DNA of 30,741 nucleotides from Anaeromyxobacteraceae bacterium (GTDB lineage: Bacteria > Myxococcota > Myxococcia > Myxococcales > Anaeromyxobacteraceae). The position numbers and the translations under genes were made by a program. Shown piece after piece: positions 15,665 through 23,993 of this stretch. The stretch spans positions 1 to 30,741 of the forward strand of contig DAIEMM010000130.1 in NCBI GenBank assembly GCA_027349605.1, read 5' to 3'. Positions within the stretch are counted from its first letter, which is position 1. Every line of letters begins with the position of its first letter. Under the pieces are notes generated by a model. The model was not told where the DNA came from. It searched no databases and was given only the letters and a program-made list of their open reading frames with translations.

Positions 15665-16630
15665 ATGCCTGTCCTTCAAGACGTGACGAATGCGTCTCGC
15701 AAGGGCTACTGGATCGTAGCGAGTTTCGCGGTGATCGGGTTCGCCCACCTCGCGGTGGGGAACGCTACCCACGCACAGCACCTCGTTCATCTGGTGTTTG
15801 GTGCGGCGTACCTGCTGCCCATCGTTGCCGCTGCCGCCTGGCTCGGTGCCCGTCCAGCTCTCCTGCTCAGCGCGGCTTCGGCGGCGACGTACCTGCTGCA
15901 CGCCAGGACCATCAGCGGTAACGGACCCATGGGGATCGCCAACGCGCTCGTGCTGTCCGCCGTGTTCCTGTTCGTCGGAGTGGTGTCGGCCACGCTCGTC
16001 GCGACGGCCGACCGCGAGCGGCGAGTTCGGCTCGACGGGGAAAGGACCGCGCAGCGCGATGCCATGATGCAGGCGCTCGCCAGCCTTTCGGGTGCTCTCC
16101 GGCAGCGGGACGATGGGACAGCCGCCCACTGCGAGCGTGTGGCGTGCATCGCGGCACGCGTTGGCGCGACCCTCGGGCTGTCAGAGGAGCGGCTCCAGGT
16201 GCTCCACCTCGCGGCGCTCGTCCATGACGTTGGGAAGACCGGCGTCCGTGACGACGTACTCCTGAAGCCGGGAGAGCTGACTGCGGAGGAGCGTGGCCGG
16301 ATCGAGCGGCACACGGTCCTTGCAGCCGAAATCCTGCGGCCCATAAGGGGGGCCGAGGAGATTGCCGAGATCGTCTTGTGTCACCACGAGTGTCCCGACG
16401 GGAGCGGATACCCTAGACGGTTACACGGCAACCAGATCCCGGCCCTTGCCGGAGTACTGCGCGTCGCTGACGTGTTCGCGGCCTTGGTCGAACCCCGTGC
16501 GTACAAGGTTCCGATGCGCCCGGAGGAGGCTGTCTCCCGGATGAGCTCGCTCCAAGGAAGGCTCGATCCGGACGGGTTCGCGGCACTGCAGCGCCTCGTG
16601 GCCGCCGATACTCCGGGCGATCTGGCATGA
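15665..16630 (+). CDS. Membrane-bound HD-GYP phosphodiesterase (probable c-di-GMP PDE)
   Basis: About 4 N-terminal TMs; HCERV, LVHDVGK, HHECPDGSGYP, ADVFAAL..PRAYK; RBS GAGG. Confidence 0.85.
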   Translation: MPVLQDVTNASRKGYWIVASFAVIGFAHLAVGNATHAQHLVHLVFGAAYLLPIVAAAAWLGARPALLLSAASAATYLLHARTISGNGPMGIANALVLSAVFLFVGVVSATLVATADRERRVRLDGERTAQRDAMMQALASLSGALRQRDDGTAAHCERVACIAARVGATLGLSEERLQVLHLAALVHDVGKTGVRDDVLLKPGELTAEERGRIERHTVLAAEILRPIRGAEEIAEIVLCHHECPDGSGYPRRLHGNQIPALAGVLRVADVFAALVEPRAYKVPMRPEEAVSRMSSLQGRLDPDGFAALQRLVAADTPGDLA

Positions 16631-16748
16631 CACCCCGGGAACGAGACGTCGGCGACGGTCGACGGGTCGCTGGAAACGAGGTGAAGACCATCGGGGACGC
16701 AGCGTGGCTGCGCCGCCCCTTGCTCGACTAGCCATTCCCCACGGGGGG

Positions 16749-17114
16749 TCAGCTCGTCTGTGGCGAAGCGGTGCTCCCGGAATCTGGCGCGTTGGGCCTC
16801 GCATCGGCTCCGGCCACGCACTCGCATTTCGCGGTCGAATGACCAGCAGCAGTGCCCGTCACGCTGGGATGCGACACGCGGGGCGTAATGATGTCGGCGA
16901 AAAAGGTGACCGGCGGGACGACGGTGATGAACAGGACCGCCATCGTGCCCAGCAAGGCGCCCGGCCCGGTCCAGGAGGATGCCGCGATGGTGGAACCAGT
17001 GTTCTGTGCGGGAGATGCCACGGTTCCATCGGTGCTCGTCGCCGCCTTCGGAAGCGGAGTGCCTGTGTAGGATGCGGCGTTGGCGACAGCTCGCATGTAT
17101 CTGGCTACGTTCAT
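16749..17114 (-). CDS. Hypothetical 121-aa single-TM protein with KCEC motif
   Basis: Start overlaps the DoxX stop (ATGA), suggesting translational coupling; hydrophobic segment followed by CxC; otherwise low complexity. Confidence 0.4.
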   Translation of the reverse strand: MNVARYMRAVANAASYTGTPLPKAATSTDGTVASPAQNTGSTIAASSWTGPGALLGTMAVLFITVVPPVTFFADIITPRVSHPSVTGTAAGHSTAKCECVAGADARPNAPDSGSTASPQTS

Positions 17115-17662
17115 TGGATGGTCGCTCCTGGGTGGTTGGACAGAGTTCGTCTGACTTGCGATGGGTGCTTCCTACGGCGAGTGGTGGAAACGGCGGGTGG
17201 ATCAGGCTCCTCGTGGCGCGCGGAAGACGGGAGGACGTGAGCGGCTGCGACAAGCCCACATGCGAGCCCGACCAGAATGTCGGCCGGGGAACCTTGGCCG
17301 AACGGGCTCCCCTGGAGAACCAACGGGGAGACCTGCGTCAGGGCCAGTATGGCGGCCGCCAGAGGCGTGAGCCGGGGCCAGAAGCCGCTCGCGGCCGGGA
17401 TGACGATCAAGAGAGCCCCCGCCACCTCCATCCAACCGGCCCAGGCGAGCGCTCCGTCGGCCACTCCCACGCCCAATCGGAATACCTGTCGAAGGATCTC
17501 GGGCTTGATGCCCGCCTTGAGGAGACCGGGCACGAGCAGGACGATGGCGAGTTCCCACTGCAAGAGCCAGAGAATGCTCGTTCTCCCCTCCTGCCCGTTC
17601 CACGCGCGCTCGGCGGGGGCCCTCGGGGCGGCAAGATCGGACGCGTCCGCGAAGGGGATCAT
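17111..17662 (-). CDS. DoxX-like membrane protein
   Basis: ILWLLQWELAIVLLVPGLLK...GWMEVAGALLIVIPAASGFWPRLTPLAAAILAL matches the DoxX-like pattern; start uncertain (ATG 17662 or ACG 17581). Confidence 0.7.
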   Translation of the reverse strand: MIPFADASDLAAPRAPAERAWNGQEGRTSILWLLQWELAIVLLVPGLLKAGIKPEILRQVFRLGVGVADGALAWAGWMEVAGALLIVIPAASGFWPRLTPLAAAILALTQVSPLVLQGSPFGQGSPADILVGLACGLVAAAHVLPSSARHEEPDPPAVSTTRRRKHPSQVRRTLSNHPGATIQ

Positions 17663-17675
17663 TGCCCCGATGCGG

Positions 17676-17691
17676 TGCAATGGGCTTGCCA
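17676..17691 (-). promoter_or_regulatory. Sigma54 promoter for doxX
   Basis: TGGCAAGCCCATTGCA, near consensus; only GTCAC half-sites upstream (17788, 17808). Confidence 0.6.
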
Positions 17692-17933
17692 ATCCATCGG
17701 GGAATCAACTTGAGCCTCGATGGGCGCCTTTCACGCGGTCGTCTTCACGACGCCGCGCCAGGACCCCGCACCTTCGGCCAGACCTCCGTCACTCGGGAAG
17801 CCACCCCGTCACTGGACGAGTCTCGTTCCTTGGGCATGCGGAGAGGCTCCGCGCGGGCAGTCCTGAGCGCCCAGCACCTTCCAACCTGCCAAGTTCCACG
17901 ACTTCCACACGGCTCAGCGACTCGCGACACAGA

Positions 17934-17949
17934 CGGCACAGCGGATGCA
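17934..17949 (+). promoter_or_regulatory. Sigma54 promoter for the receiver gene at 18028
   Basis: CGGCACAGCGGATGCA, divergent from the doxX promoter. Confidence 0.5.
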
Positions 17950-18027
17950 AATTGGCCACATGAACACGATGCGCCAGGCGGTACCGCGCTTTCGCGCGGG
18001 TCGCGGCCTGCGCTCCGAGGCGATGCA

Positions 18028-18498
18028 ATGACACGCATCCGTGTACTGGTGGCGGACGACGATCTGGACCAGAGGGCTCTCTGGACTGGAATCCTGCAGG
18101 GGGAGTTCGAGGCGGACGTCGTGACGGTCAACGACGGTGTGACCGCGATCAAATGCCTCTGCGAAGAGGGCTTCGATCTCGTCGTCGTCAATCACGACGT
18201 CCCGCTCGTTTCGGGCATGGACATACTCAGATACGTCCGAGCGAGATGGCCCTGGCTCCCGTTCCTCCTTCCGGCGAGAAGGGCCTCCCCGGTCGTTCGC
18301 ACCGAGGCGCGCCGCCTGGGCGCTCACGTGATCGCCAAGCCATTTGGAGCCGGTTACGCCGCCCGGTTGCTCGCCGTCGCAGCCTCGCGTCGGTCCCGCG
18401 GCAGGCCGCCATCGCGGGCCGATACCCGCTTCCGCAGGCACGTCGCGCCTGCCGAGGGATCGCAGAGGTGTGCACCGACGCGGCATGACAGCGCATGA
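18028..18498 (+). CDS. Stand-alone receiver domain lacking the phospho-acceptor Asp (156 aa)
   Basis: VLVADDD, DGVTAI, FDLVVVNHDVP (Asp to Asn), AKPF; Arg-rich tail. Confidence 0.75.
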   Translation: MTRIRVLVADDDLDQRALWTGILQGEFEADVVTVNDGVTAIKCLCEEGFDLVVVNHDVPLVSGMDILRYVRARWPWLPFLLPARRASPVVRTEARRLGAHVIAKPFGAGYAARLLAVAASRRSRGRPPSRADTRFRRHVAPAEGSQRCAPTRHDSA

Positions 18499-18525
18499 CG
18501 CTGCTCCGCCACGTCCCTGCCTGGA

Positions 18526-20289
18526 CTACGCCGCGCACTCGCCTGTCTTGACGTCCACCAGGAACTCCTCCGCACTCCCCGGCTCGACGAAGTCCTCGGC
18601 CGTCGCATCCTCCAGGCGGAGATCCTCGAACGAGGCCACGGCCTCCCTTGCCCGATCGGTTGCGCGCGCGAAGAAGGCGCCCGCGGGCTCCCCGGCGCGC
18701 CGTTCCGCGAGGTAGAGCGAGACGAGCCTCGTGACGGCTTCCGGAATGCGCCGCGATGGAACCTTCCCTACGGGCACGCCAAACCGTGCCTCGCTGCCAT
18801 CCGGATGTCCCCCGACCAGGATCGAATATTGCGGGACGGCTCGACCTCCGAGCTTCCTGGCACTTCCCTGCAGCCCGATGGCGGCCAGGTGGTGCTGGCT
18901 GCACCCGTTCGGGCACCCAGACACGTGCACCGGGAGCTCGGCCTGCAGGGCGAGCGGGCCGAGAGCCGTACGCACTTCGCCCTCGACGAGCCGGGCGACG
19001 GTCCGCGTCTGGGTGACCGCCAGCCGACAGACCTCCGCGCCAGGGCAGGCCACGACGTCGGCCGCACTTCCGGCTCCGTCCCGGCCCAACCCGACGGAGG
19101 TGAGCGCGTTGAATAGGGTACGCAGGTTGTCGTCCGCAACCCACCGGACGAGGATGTGGCCGCCACTCGTGAAGCGGACGCCACCCCCTCCGAAGGCTTC
19201 GGACAGGTCGGCCAGGGCCTCCAGCTGCGCGGCCGTCACATCGCCGAGCGGAAGGGACACCACGACGGAGGAGTACCCGGCCTGCCGTTGCGGTTGGACG
19301 TTCGTGGCCTGGAAGCCCTCCCAGCCCGGGTCGGGGCGAGACGGAACGGGAAGCGCCGGCAGTGGCTCCCGAGGTGCCCAGGTCTCGGGCGGCTGCTCGG
19401 GGGAGAAGGGTAGGGAGGGGACCCCATCTTCGCGAATCGACTCGAGCTCCTCGAGCACGAGCGCCCGGAACCGATCGAACCCCAGGGCACGCACCAGGAA
19501 CTTGAGACGGTTGCGTTGTCGGTTGACCCGGTCGCCGTGAGCGTGGAAGACGCGGACGACCGCCTCACCCAAGGCCAGGATCTCGCCTGCTGGCAGGAAA
19601 TCCAGGAGAGGGGATGCGGACGTGCAAAGGGTCGATGTCCCACCGGCGACGGAGACGGCGAAGCCTCGGACGACCTTCCCGTCGACGGACCGGACACGGG
19701 CCCGAAAGCCGAGATCCTGGATCGCGATCGGAACGTGATCCTCAGAGCACCCCTCGAAGGCGACCTTGAACTTGCGCGGGAGCGCGTCCCCGAGCGGATG
19801 GCGCAGGAAGTGGCGCGTGAATGCCTCGGCGTACGCAGTGGTGTCGAAGACCTCGTCCGGGGAGATCCCGCCGAACGGGCACGAAACCACGTTCCGGACC
19901 GTGTTCCCTCCTGCGCCGGAGGTGGTGATTCCCGCCTCGGCAAGTCGCCGAACGGCGGGCCCCACGTCGCCGGGCCTCACGAAGTGAAGCTGGAAGTTCT
20001 GGCGGGTCGTGAGGTGACCGAAGCCCCGGGAGTAGCGGGTCGCGGTGTCGGCGAGAGCGCGCAGCTGGACGGCAGTCACGGAACCCTGTGGCAGCTTGAT
20101 CCGCAACATGTGGATGCCGTCCTGCCGTTGACCGTAGACGCCTCGGGCCACGCGGTAGGCGCGCCAGGTGTCGGCGTCGATCTCCCCGCGCTCGAAGCGG
20201 CCCAGGTTCTCGACCAGTGCGGCAATCTCCGCCTCGTCTGCGAAGGTCGCCGCGGGTGGGGTAAGTGTTGATGGGTGAGTGGACGTCAT
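18526..20289 (-). CDS. Ferredoxin-type siroheme sulfite/nitrite reductase (sulfite likely from context)
   Basis: GVYGQRQ, HLTTRQNFQLH, NTVRNVVSCP, LPRKFK, CPGAEVC and SGCPNGCSQH (4Fe-4S/siroheme Cys); ends GECAA. Confidence 0.9.
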   Translation of the reverse strand: MTSTHPSTLTPPAATFADEAEIAALVENLGRFERGEIDADTWRAYRVARGVYGQRQDGIHMLRIKLPQGSVTAVQLRALADTATRYSRGFGHLTTRQNFQLHFVRPGDVGPAVRRLAEAGITTSGAGGNTVRNVVSCPFGGISPDEVFDTTAYAEAFTRHFLRHPLGDALPRKFKVAFEGCSEDHVPIAIQDLGFRARVRSVDGKVVRGFAVSVAGGTSTLCTSASPLLDFLPAGEILALGEAVVRVFHAHGDRVNRQRNRLKFLVRALGFDRFRALVLEELESIREDGVPSLPFSPEQPPETWAPREPLPALPVPSRPDPGWEGFQATNVQPQRQAGYSSVVVSLPLGDVTAAQLEALADLSEAFGGGGVRFTSGGHILVRWVADDNLRTLFNALTSVGLGRDGAGSAADVVACPGAEVCRLAVTQTRTVARLVEGEVRTALGPLALQAELPVHVSGCPNGCSQHHLAAIGLQGSARKLGGRAVPQYSILVGGHPDGSEARFGVPVGKVPSRRIPEAVTRLVSLYLAERRAGEPAGAFFARATDRAREAVASFEDLRLEDATAEDFVEPGSAEEFLVDVKTGECAA

Positions 20290-20299
20290 GGAGTTCCTT

Positions 20300-21661
20300 T
20301 CAGGCCCTCTGCGCGTCCGCGCGAGGGGTCGCTTCCACGGGCTGGGTGGCGTGGCCCGACACGAGGGACAGGCCGGCCACGCTTCCTACGACGATGGTTC
20401 CTGGCAAGTGAGCCGCCTCCTCGGGAAGGACGGTCGAGCCGAGCTCGGCGAGCGTGCCTCGCCAGCTTGCGGAACCGCTGCTCGACGCGCCCAGCAGGAC
20501 GGCCGCAGGCGTGTCGTCCCGCCAACCACGTTCGCGAAGCCGAGCGCTGATCCCCGCCCTCTCTCCGATTCCCATCAGGATCACGAGGGTCAGCGAGCCA
20601 GGGGCGACTCCATCCAGGATCGGGCCGTACGAGCGCTCGGAGTGTCCGGAGACGACGGCGAAGCCCGCGGCGAGGCCGCGGTGGGTGACCGGAATGCCGG
20701 CGAGCGCAGGGGCGGCGATGGACGAAGAGACTCCCGGGACGACCTCGAACGGAACGCCAGCCGCCGCGAGCGCCTGGGCCTCCTCGCCACCCCGGCAGAA
20801 GACGAAGGGATCCCCGCACTTGAGCCGGACCACGCGCTGTCCACGTCGGGCCGCCTTCACGAGCAGACGCTCGATGGACCGCTGGGACACGCTCGGCGTT
20901 CCTGCGCGCTTCCCGACGTAGAAGCAGTGGGCCCGGGGCGCGAGCTTCAGCACCTCGCCATCGGTCAGGGCGTCGTAGAGAACCAGGTCGGCCTCGGCGA
21001 GCCGCTCGGCCGCGCGACGCGTGAGAAGCCCCGCGTCCCCCGGCCCGGCTCCGACGAGCGAGACGAATCCGGGGGGCAGACGGGTGGACGTCTCCGGGCC
21101 GCCACCGTAAAGCGCGTTCAGCTTCTGGAGGAGCATGGGCCGCCTGGTCGCAAGCGGCACGCCGGCACGCTTCCACCCCGAGCGCTCACCCTCCGCCAGG
21201 TCCATCCAGGCCCCTAGATCCCGCGGCAGGACCGCGTCGATCGCCTCCCGGAGGAGGCCGGCAAGCGCGGGGGCGCGCCCGGCTGTCGAGATGGCGACCG
21301 TGGCTCCCCCGCGTCGGACGACGCCTGCGGTGTAGGCGGTGGCGCAGTCCGGGTCGTCGACGGCGTTGACGAGGATGCGGCGCTCCTCCGCGGCATCGGC
21401 CACGGCGCGGTTCACGGCCGCGGTCGCCGCGGCGACGGCGAACCACGTCCCATCGAGATCCCGGGGCTCGAACGGGCGCCGCAGGACGACCTCCGCCAGT
21501 GCCGCCGCGCCGTCGCTGACCTCCGGGGCGACGACGGTGAGACGCGCGCCGGCCGCGGCGAGCTGCTTCGCCCGGGCGGTCGCCATGGCGCCACCTCCCA
21601 CGATGACGACCCGGCGGCCCGCGAGCTTGGCGAACAGGGGGAACAGCTCCGGTGTGCTCAC
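20300..21661 (-). CDS. cysG: Siroheme synthase (dehydrogenase/ferrochelatase plus uroporphyrinogen-III C-methyltransferase)
   Basis: FPLFAKLAGRRVVIVGGG, NAVDDP, AISTAGRAP; VSLVGAGPGDAGLLT, RLKCGDPFVFCRGGEE, VVPGVSS. Confidence 0.92.
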   Translation of the reverse strand: MSTPELFPLFAKLAGRRVVIVGGGAMATARAKQLAAAGARLTVVAPEVSDGAAALAEVVLRRPFEPRDLDGTWFAVAAATAAVNRAVADAAEERRILVNAVDDPDCATAYTAGVVRRGGATVAISTAGRAPALAGLLREAIDAVLPRDLGAWMDLAEGERSGWKRAGVPLATRRPMLLQKLNALYGGGPETSTRLPPGFVSLVGAGPGDAGLLTRRAAERLAEADLVLYDALTDGEVLKLAPRAHCFYVGKRAGTPSVSQRSIERLLVKAARRGQRVVRLKCGDPFVFCRGGEEAQALAAAGVPFEVVPGVSSSIAAPALAGIPVTHRGLAAGFAVVSGHSERSYGPILDGVAPGSLTLVILMGIGERAGISARLRERGWRDDTPAAVLLGASSSGSASWRGTLAELGSTVLPEEAAHLPGTIVVGSVAGLSLVSGHATQPVEATPRADAQRA

Positions 21662-21900
21662 ATGATTCCCCAGAGGCGAGAGTACTCGAGCACGATCTGG
21701 AACTCCGGATCCCGGAAGCCGTGCCCTCGGAGATACGCCTTCGCCGCATGGGCCTCGACCGTCTCGGAGGAGAAGGAGACGTGCTGGCGCTTGCGATGCA
21801 CCCGGAAGCCGATCGCCTGGAGCGCGCCGGCCAGCTCGTTCACCCGGGGCTCCGCCAGCTCTCCGGCAGGGCTCACCGTCGTGACGTGGGAGACCATCAC
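21658..21900 (-). CDS. Small hypothetical protein (79-80 aa), translationally coupled
   Basis: Start overlaps the YeiH stop (GTGATG) and its stop overlaps the cysG start (ATGA). Confidence 0.7.
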   Translation of the reverse strand: MMVSHVTTVSPAGELAEPRVNELAGALQAIGFRVHRKRQHVSFSSETVEAHAAKAYLRGHGFRDPEFQIVLEYSRLWGIM

Positions 21901-23237
21901 TTCACCCCGTTCCAGTAGTCGGCGAAGACGTGAGCGGAGAGCCAGTAACCGAGCGGCACGTTCACGATCACGCCCACGGCGAAGGCCGCGAACGGCCTCC
22001 AGCCGAAGCGCGTCAGCTCCCGGAACCGCGTGGTGAACCCGATGCTGAGGAAGGTCCAGGTGAAGGCCCAGCCTCGAAGGGTCTTCAAGGGGGCGATGGC
22101 CTCCTTGGAGAAGCGGGTGCCACTCTTAGCGTCGATGGAGGCGAGGACGAAGGTCACCACGAGGGATGCAGCCAGGAAGCCGAGGATGAACTTGGGGAAC
22201 CGGCGCCAGATCTCGCCCACGTCGACCCGCTCGGCCTCGCCCGACTTCTTCCTGTCCCAGATGGTGACGGAGAGAAGCGCGACGACCAGCGCCCAGACGC
22301 CCACGAACATGTCACGCCCCACGACCTTCATGAGCGTGAAGGTCTTGATCGCTCGTTCGTCCCCGACGGCGGAGGCCGCCGCGAAGCCGGCCGCGTCCGC
22401 GAACTCGGACGTTCCGATCCAGGCGCCGGCCACGCCGGGCTCGAGGCCGAGGTTCCTTGCCCAGAGCGGGAGCACGAAGATCATCGCGACCGCCCAGAGG
22501 ATCACCATGGAGATCGCCACCGAAACGTGGCTCTTCTCGGCCCGGCAGGCGCCGCCGATGGCGATGGCCGCCGAAACCCCGCAGATCGACCCGCCCGCTC
22601 CGAGCGTGGCGCCGAAGCGGGGGTCGAGACCGAACAGGCGGGTCGCTGCGAAGTAGATGGTGGCGAAGGTGGTGACCGCGACGATGGTCGCCTGTGCGAT
22701 GGCGAGCGGGCCTGCCTGCAGGATGATCGTGAAGGGCAGGGTCGCTCCCAGGAGGATGATGCCGACCTTCACGTAGAACTCCGTGCGCAGCGCGGACTGG
22801 AACCACCCAGGCAGGGTCACCGAGTTGCCGAGCAGCATCCCGACGGCAAGCGCCAGGAGGGGAGTCTCGAGCTGCCACTGCTTGAGCGTCTGGTTGGAGC
22901 CGAGCACGGTCACGACGATCGAGAAGACGAAGAGGAGCGCGAACCCGGCCGCATACTTCCCCACGTCCCAGCCGATGACGGCGGATGCCGCGGAGAACGC
23001 GAGGAGGAAGACCGCGAAGAGCGCGATCGGCCCGGCTGGCTGGGCCGCGAAGGTGGCGGCGACCTTGGCCAGGCTTCCGGACCAGGTCGGGATGGTGAGC
23101 GCCGTCGCCCCCACGAAGGGCGATGCTCCGAGGAAGAAACCCGTCGTCACGGCGAGCACGAGACCGAGGGCGATGAAGATGGCCCAGGTGTCCTCGCGAC
23201 GGTGCCAGGGGAGTGCGATGGGGGCGATGTTGGACAT
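21897..23237 (-). CDS. YeiH/PSE family putative sulfate exporter (446 aa)
   Basis: ATG 23237 after GAGGAAG; EDTWAI, LRTEFYVKVGIILLGA, GGSICGVSAAIA, AWIGTSEFADAAG, FPKFILGF; multiple TMs. Confidence 0.88.
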   Translation of the reverse strand: MSNIAPIALPWHRREDTWAIFIALGLVLAVTTGFFLGASPFVGATALTIPTWSGSLAKVAATFAAQPAGPIALFAVFLLAFSAASAVIGWDVGKYAAGFALLFVFSIVVTVLGSNQTLKQWQLETPLLALAVGMLLGNSVTLPGWFQSALRTEFYVKVGIILLGATLPFTIILQAGPLAIAQATIVAVTTFATIYFAATRLFGLDPRFGATLGAGGSICGVSAAIAIGGACRAEKSHVSVAISMVILWAVAMIFVLPLWARNLGLEPGVAGAWIGTSEFADAAGFAAASAVGDERAIKTFTLMKVVGRDMFVGVWALVVALLSVTIWDRKKSGEAERVDVGEIWRRFPKFILGFLAASLVVTFVLASIDAKSGTRFSKEAIAPLKTLRGWAFTWTFLSIGFTTRFRELTRFGWRPFAAFAVGVIVNVPLGYWLSAHVFADYWNGVK

Positions 23238-23251
23238 GGCGGCTTCCTCGA

Positions 23252-23782
23252 TCAGGCGGCGTCGCGGGCGTCCGACGAACGAACGTGCTCGAGCGATCCC
23301 GACACCGCGAGCGGTGTCCTCAGGATGTCGAGGACGGGGCAGTGGGCCTCGACCACCTCGGAAAGGTTCCGGATCGTCTCCGGCGACTCGGGCGACACGA
23401 CACGGGTCGCGAAGGTGACGCGGTCGAATCCGGCCGGGTACTTGGAGTCCCCGAGGAAACCGCGGAGGTCGAGATACCCCTTCGCCTCCACCTCGACCCG
23501 GTCGATGCGCAGGCCCAGGGCGTTGGCGTAGGCCCGGTACACGATCGCCTGGCAGCTGCCGAGCGCGGCGAGGACGGCCTCCACCGGGTTCGGCCCCGTG
23601 TCCGTCCCACCCAGATCCGCGGGCTCGTCCAGGCGTACGCCGAATCCACGAATGCTCGAGTCCGTGGACAGCGAGTCCGCGTCCGAAACGGTGGTTGCGC
23701 GGAACACGGCCCTGGCCGCGGCGGGGTTCTCGGTGACGGCCTGCTTCAGGGCGACGACTGCCTTCTTCACTTGCTCGCTCAC
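23252..23782 (-). CDS. OsmC/Ohr family protein (176 aa)
   Basis: GTG after GAGG; DEPADLGGTDTGPNPVE, LGSCQAI, AHCPVLD (Cys pair). Confidence 0.85.
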   Translation of the reverse strand: MSEQVKKAVVALKQAVTENPAAARAVFRATTVSDADSLSTDSSIRGFGVRLDEPADLGGTDTGPNPVEAVLAALGSCQAIVYRAYANALGLRIDRVEVEAKGYLDLRGFLGDSKYPAGFDRVTFATRVVSPESPETIRNLSEVVEAHCPVLDILRTPLAVSGSLEHVRSSDARDAA

Positions 23783-23881
23783 TTGGACCTCTGGACAGGG
23801 CTCGAGTACGGAGGCGCACGGCAGGAGCCCTTGGCCCATGCGCTCTACGTCGTGGATGGATGGGGGAGATTCGCCGGCTGC

Positions 23882-23986
23882 TCAGCCGCGCATTCGCGCG
23901 GGCGGCGCCGGCCTGCGACAGATGCACATCACCCGCGGCACGAGGCGGGGGCCGATGGGCTGCAGGTCATGGCCGAAGTGCATCAT
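23882..23986 (-). CDS. Putative leaderless Cys-containing leader peptide (34 aa)
   Basis: MMHFGHDLQPIGPRLVPRVMCICRRPAPPARMRG; ATG lies 7 nt after the -10 TAGGAT; 99 nt upstream of osmC. Too short for the ORF track. Confidence 0.5.
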   Translation of the reverse strand: MMHFGHDLQPIGPRLVPRVMCICRRPAPPARMRG

Positions 23987-23993
23987 CGGGCGC

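Noticed and set aside
17784-17828. Seventh full UAS between the doxX and receiver promoters
   Set aside because: Only GTCAC half-sites (CCGTCACT repeated at 20-bp spacing). They are in phase with the doxX promoter (94 and 114 bp) but lack left arms, so they were not counted as full sites.
6147-18525. Mobile element or prophage boundaries for the accessory block
   Set aside because: No integrase, transposase, tRNA or flanking direct/inverted repeats were seen.
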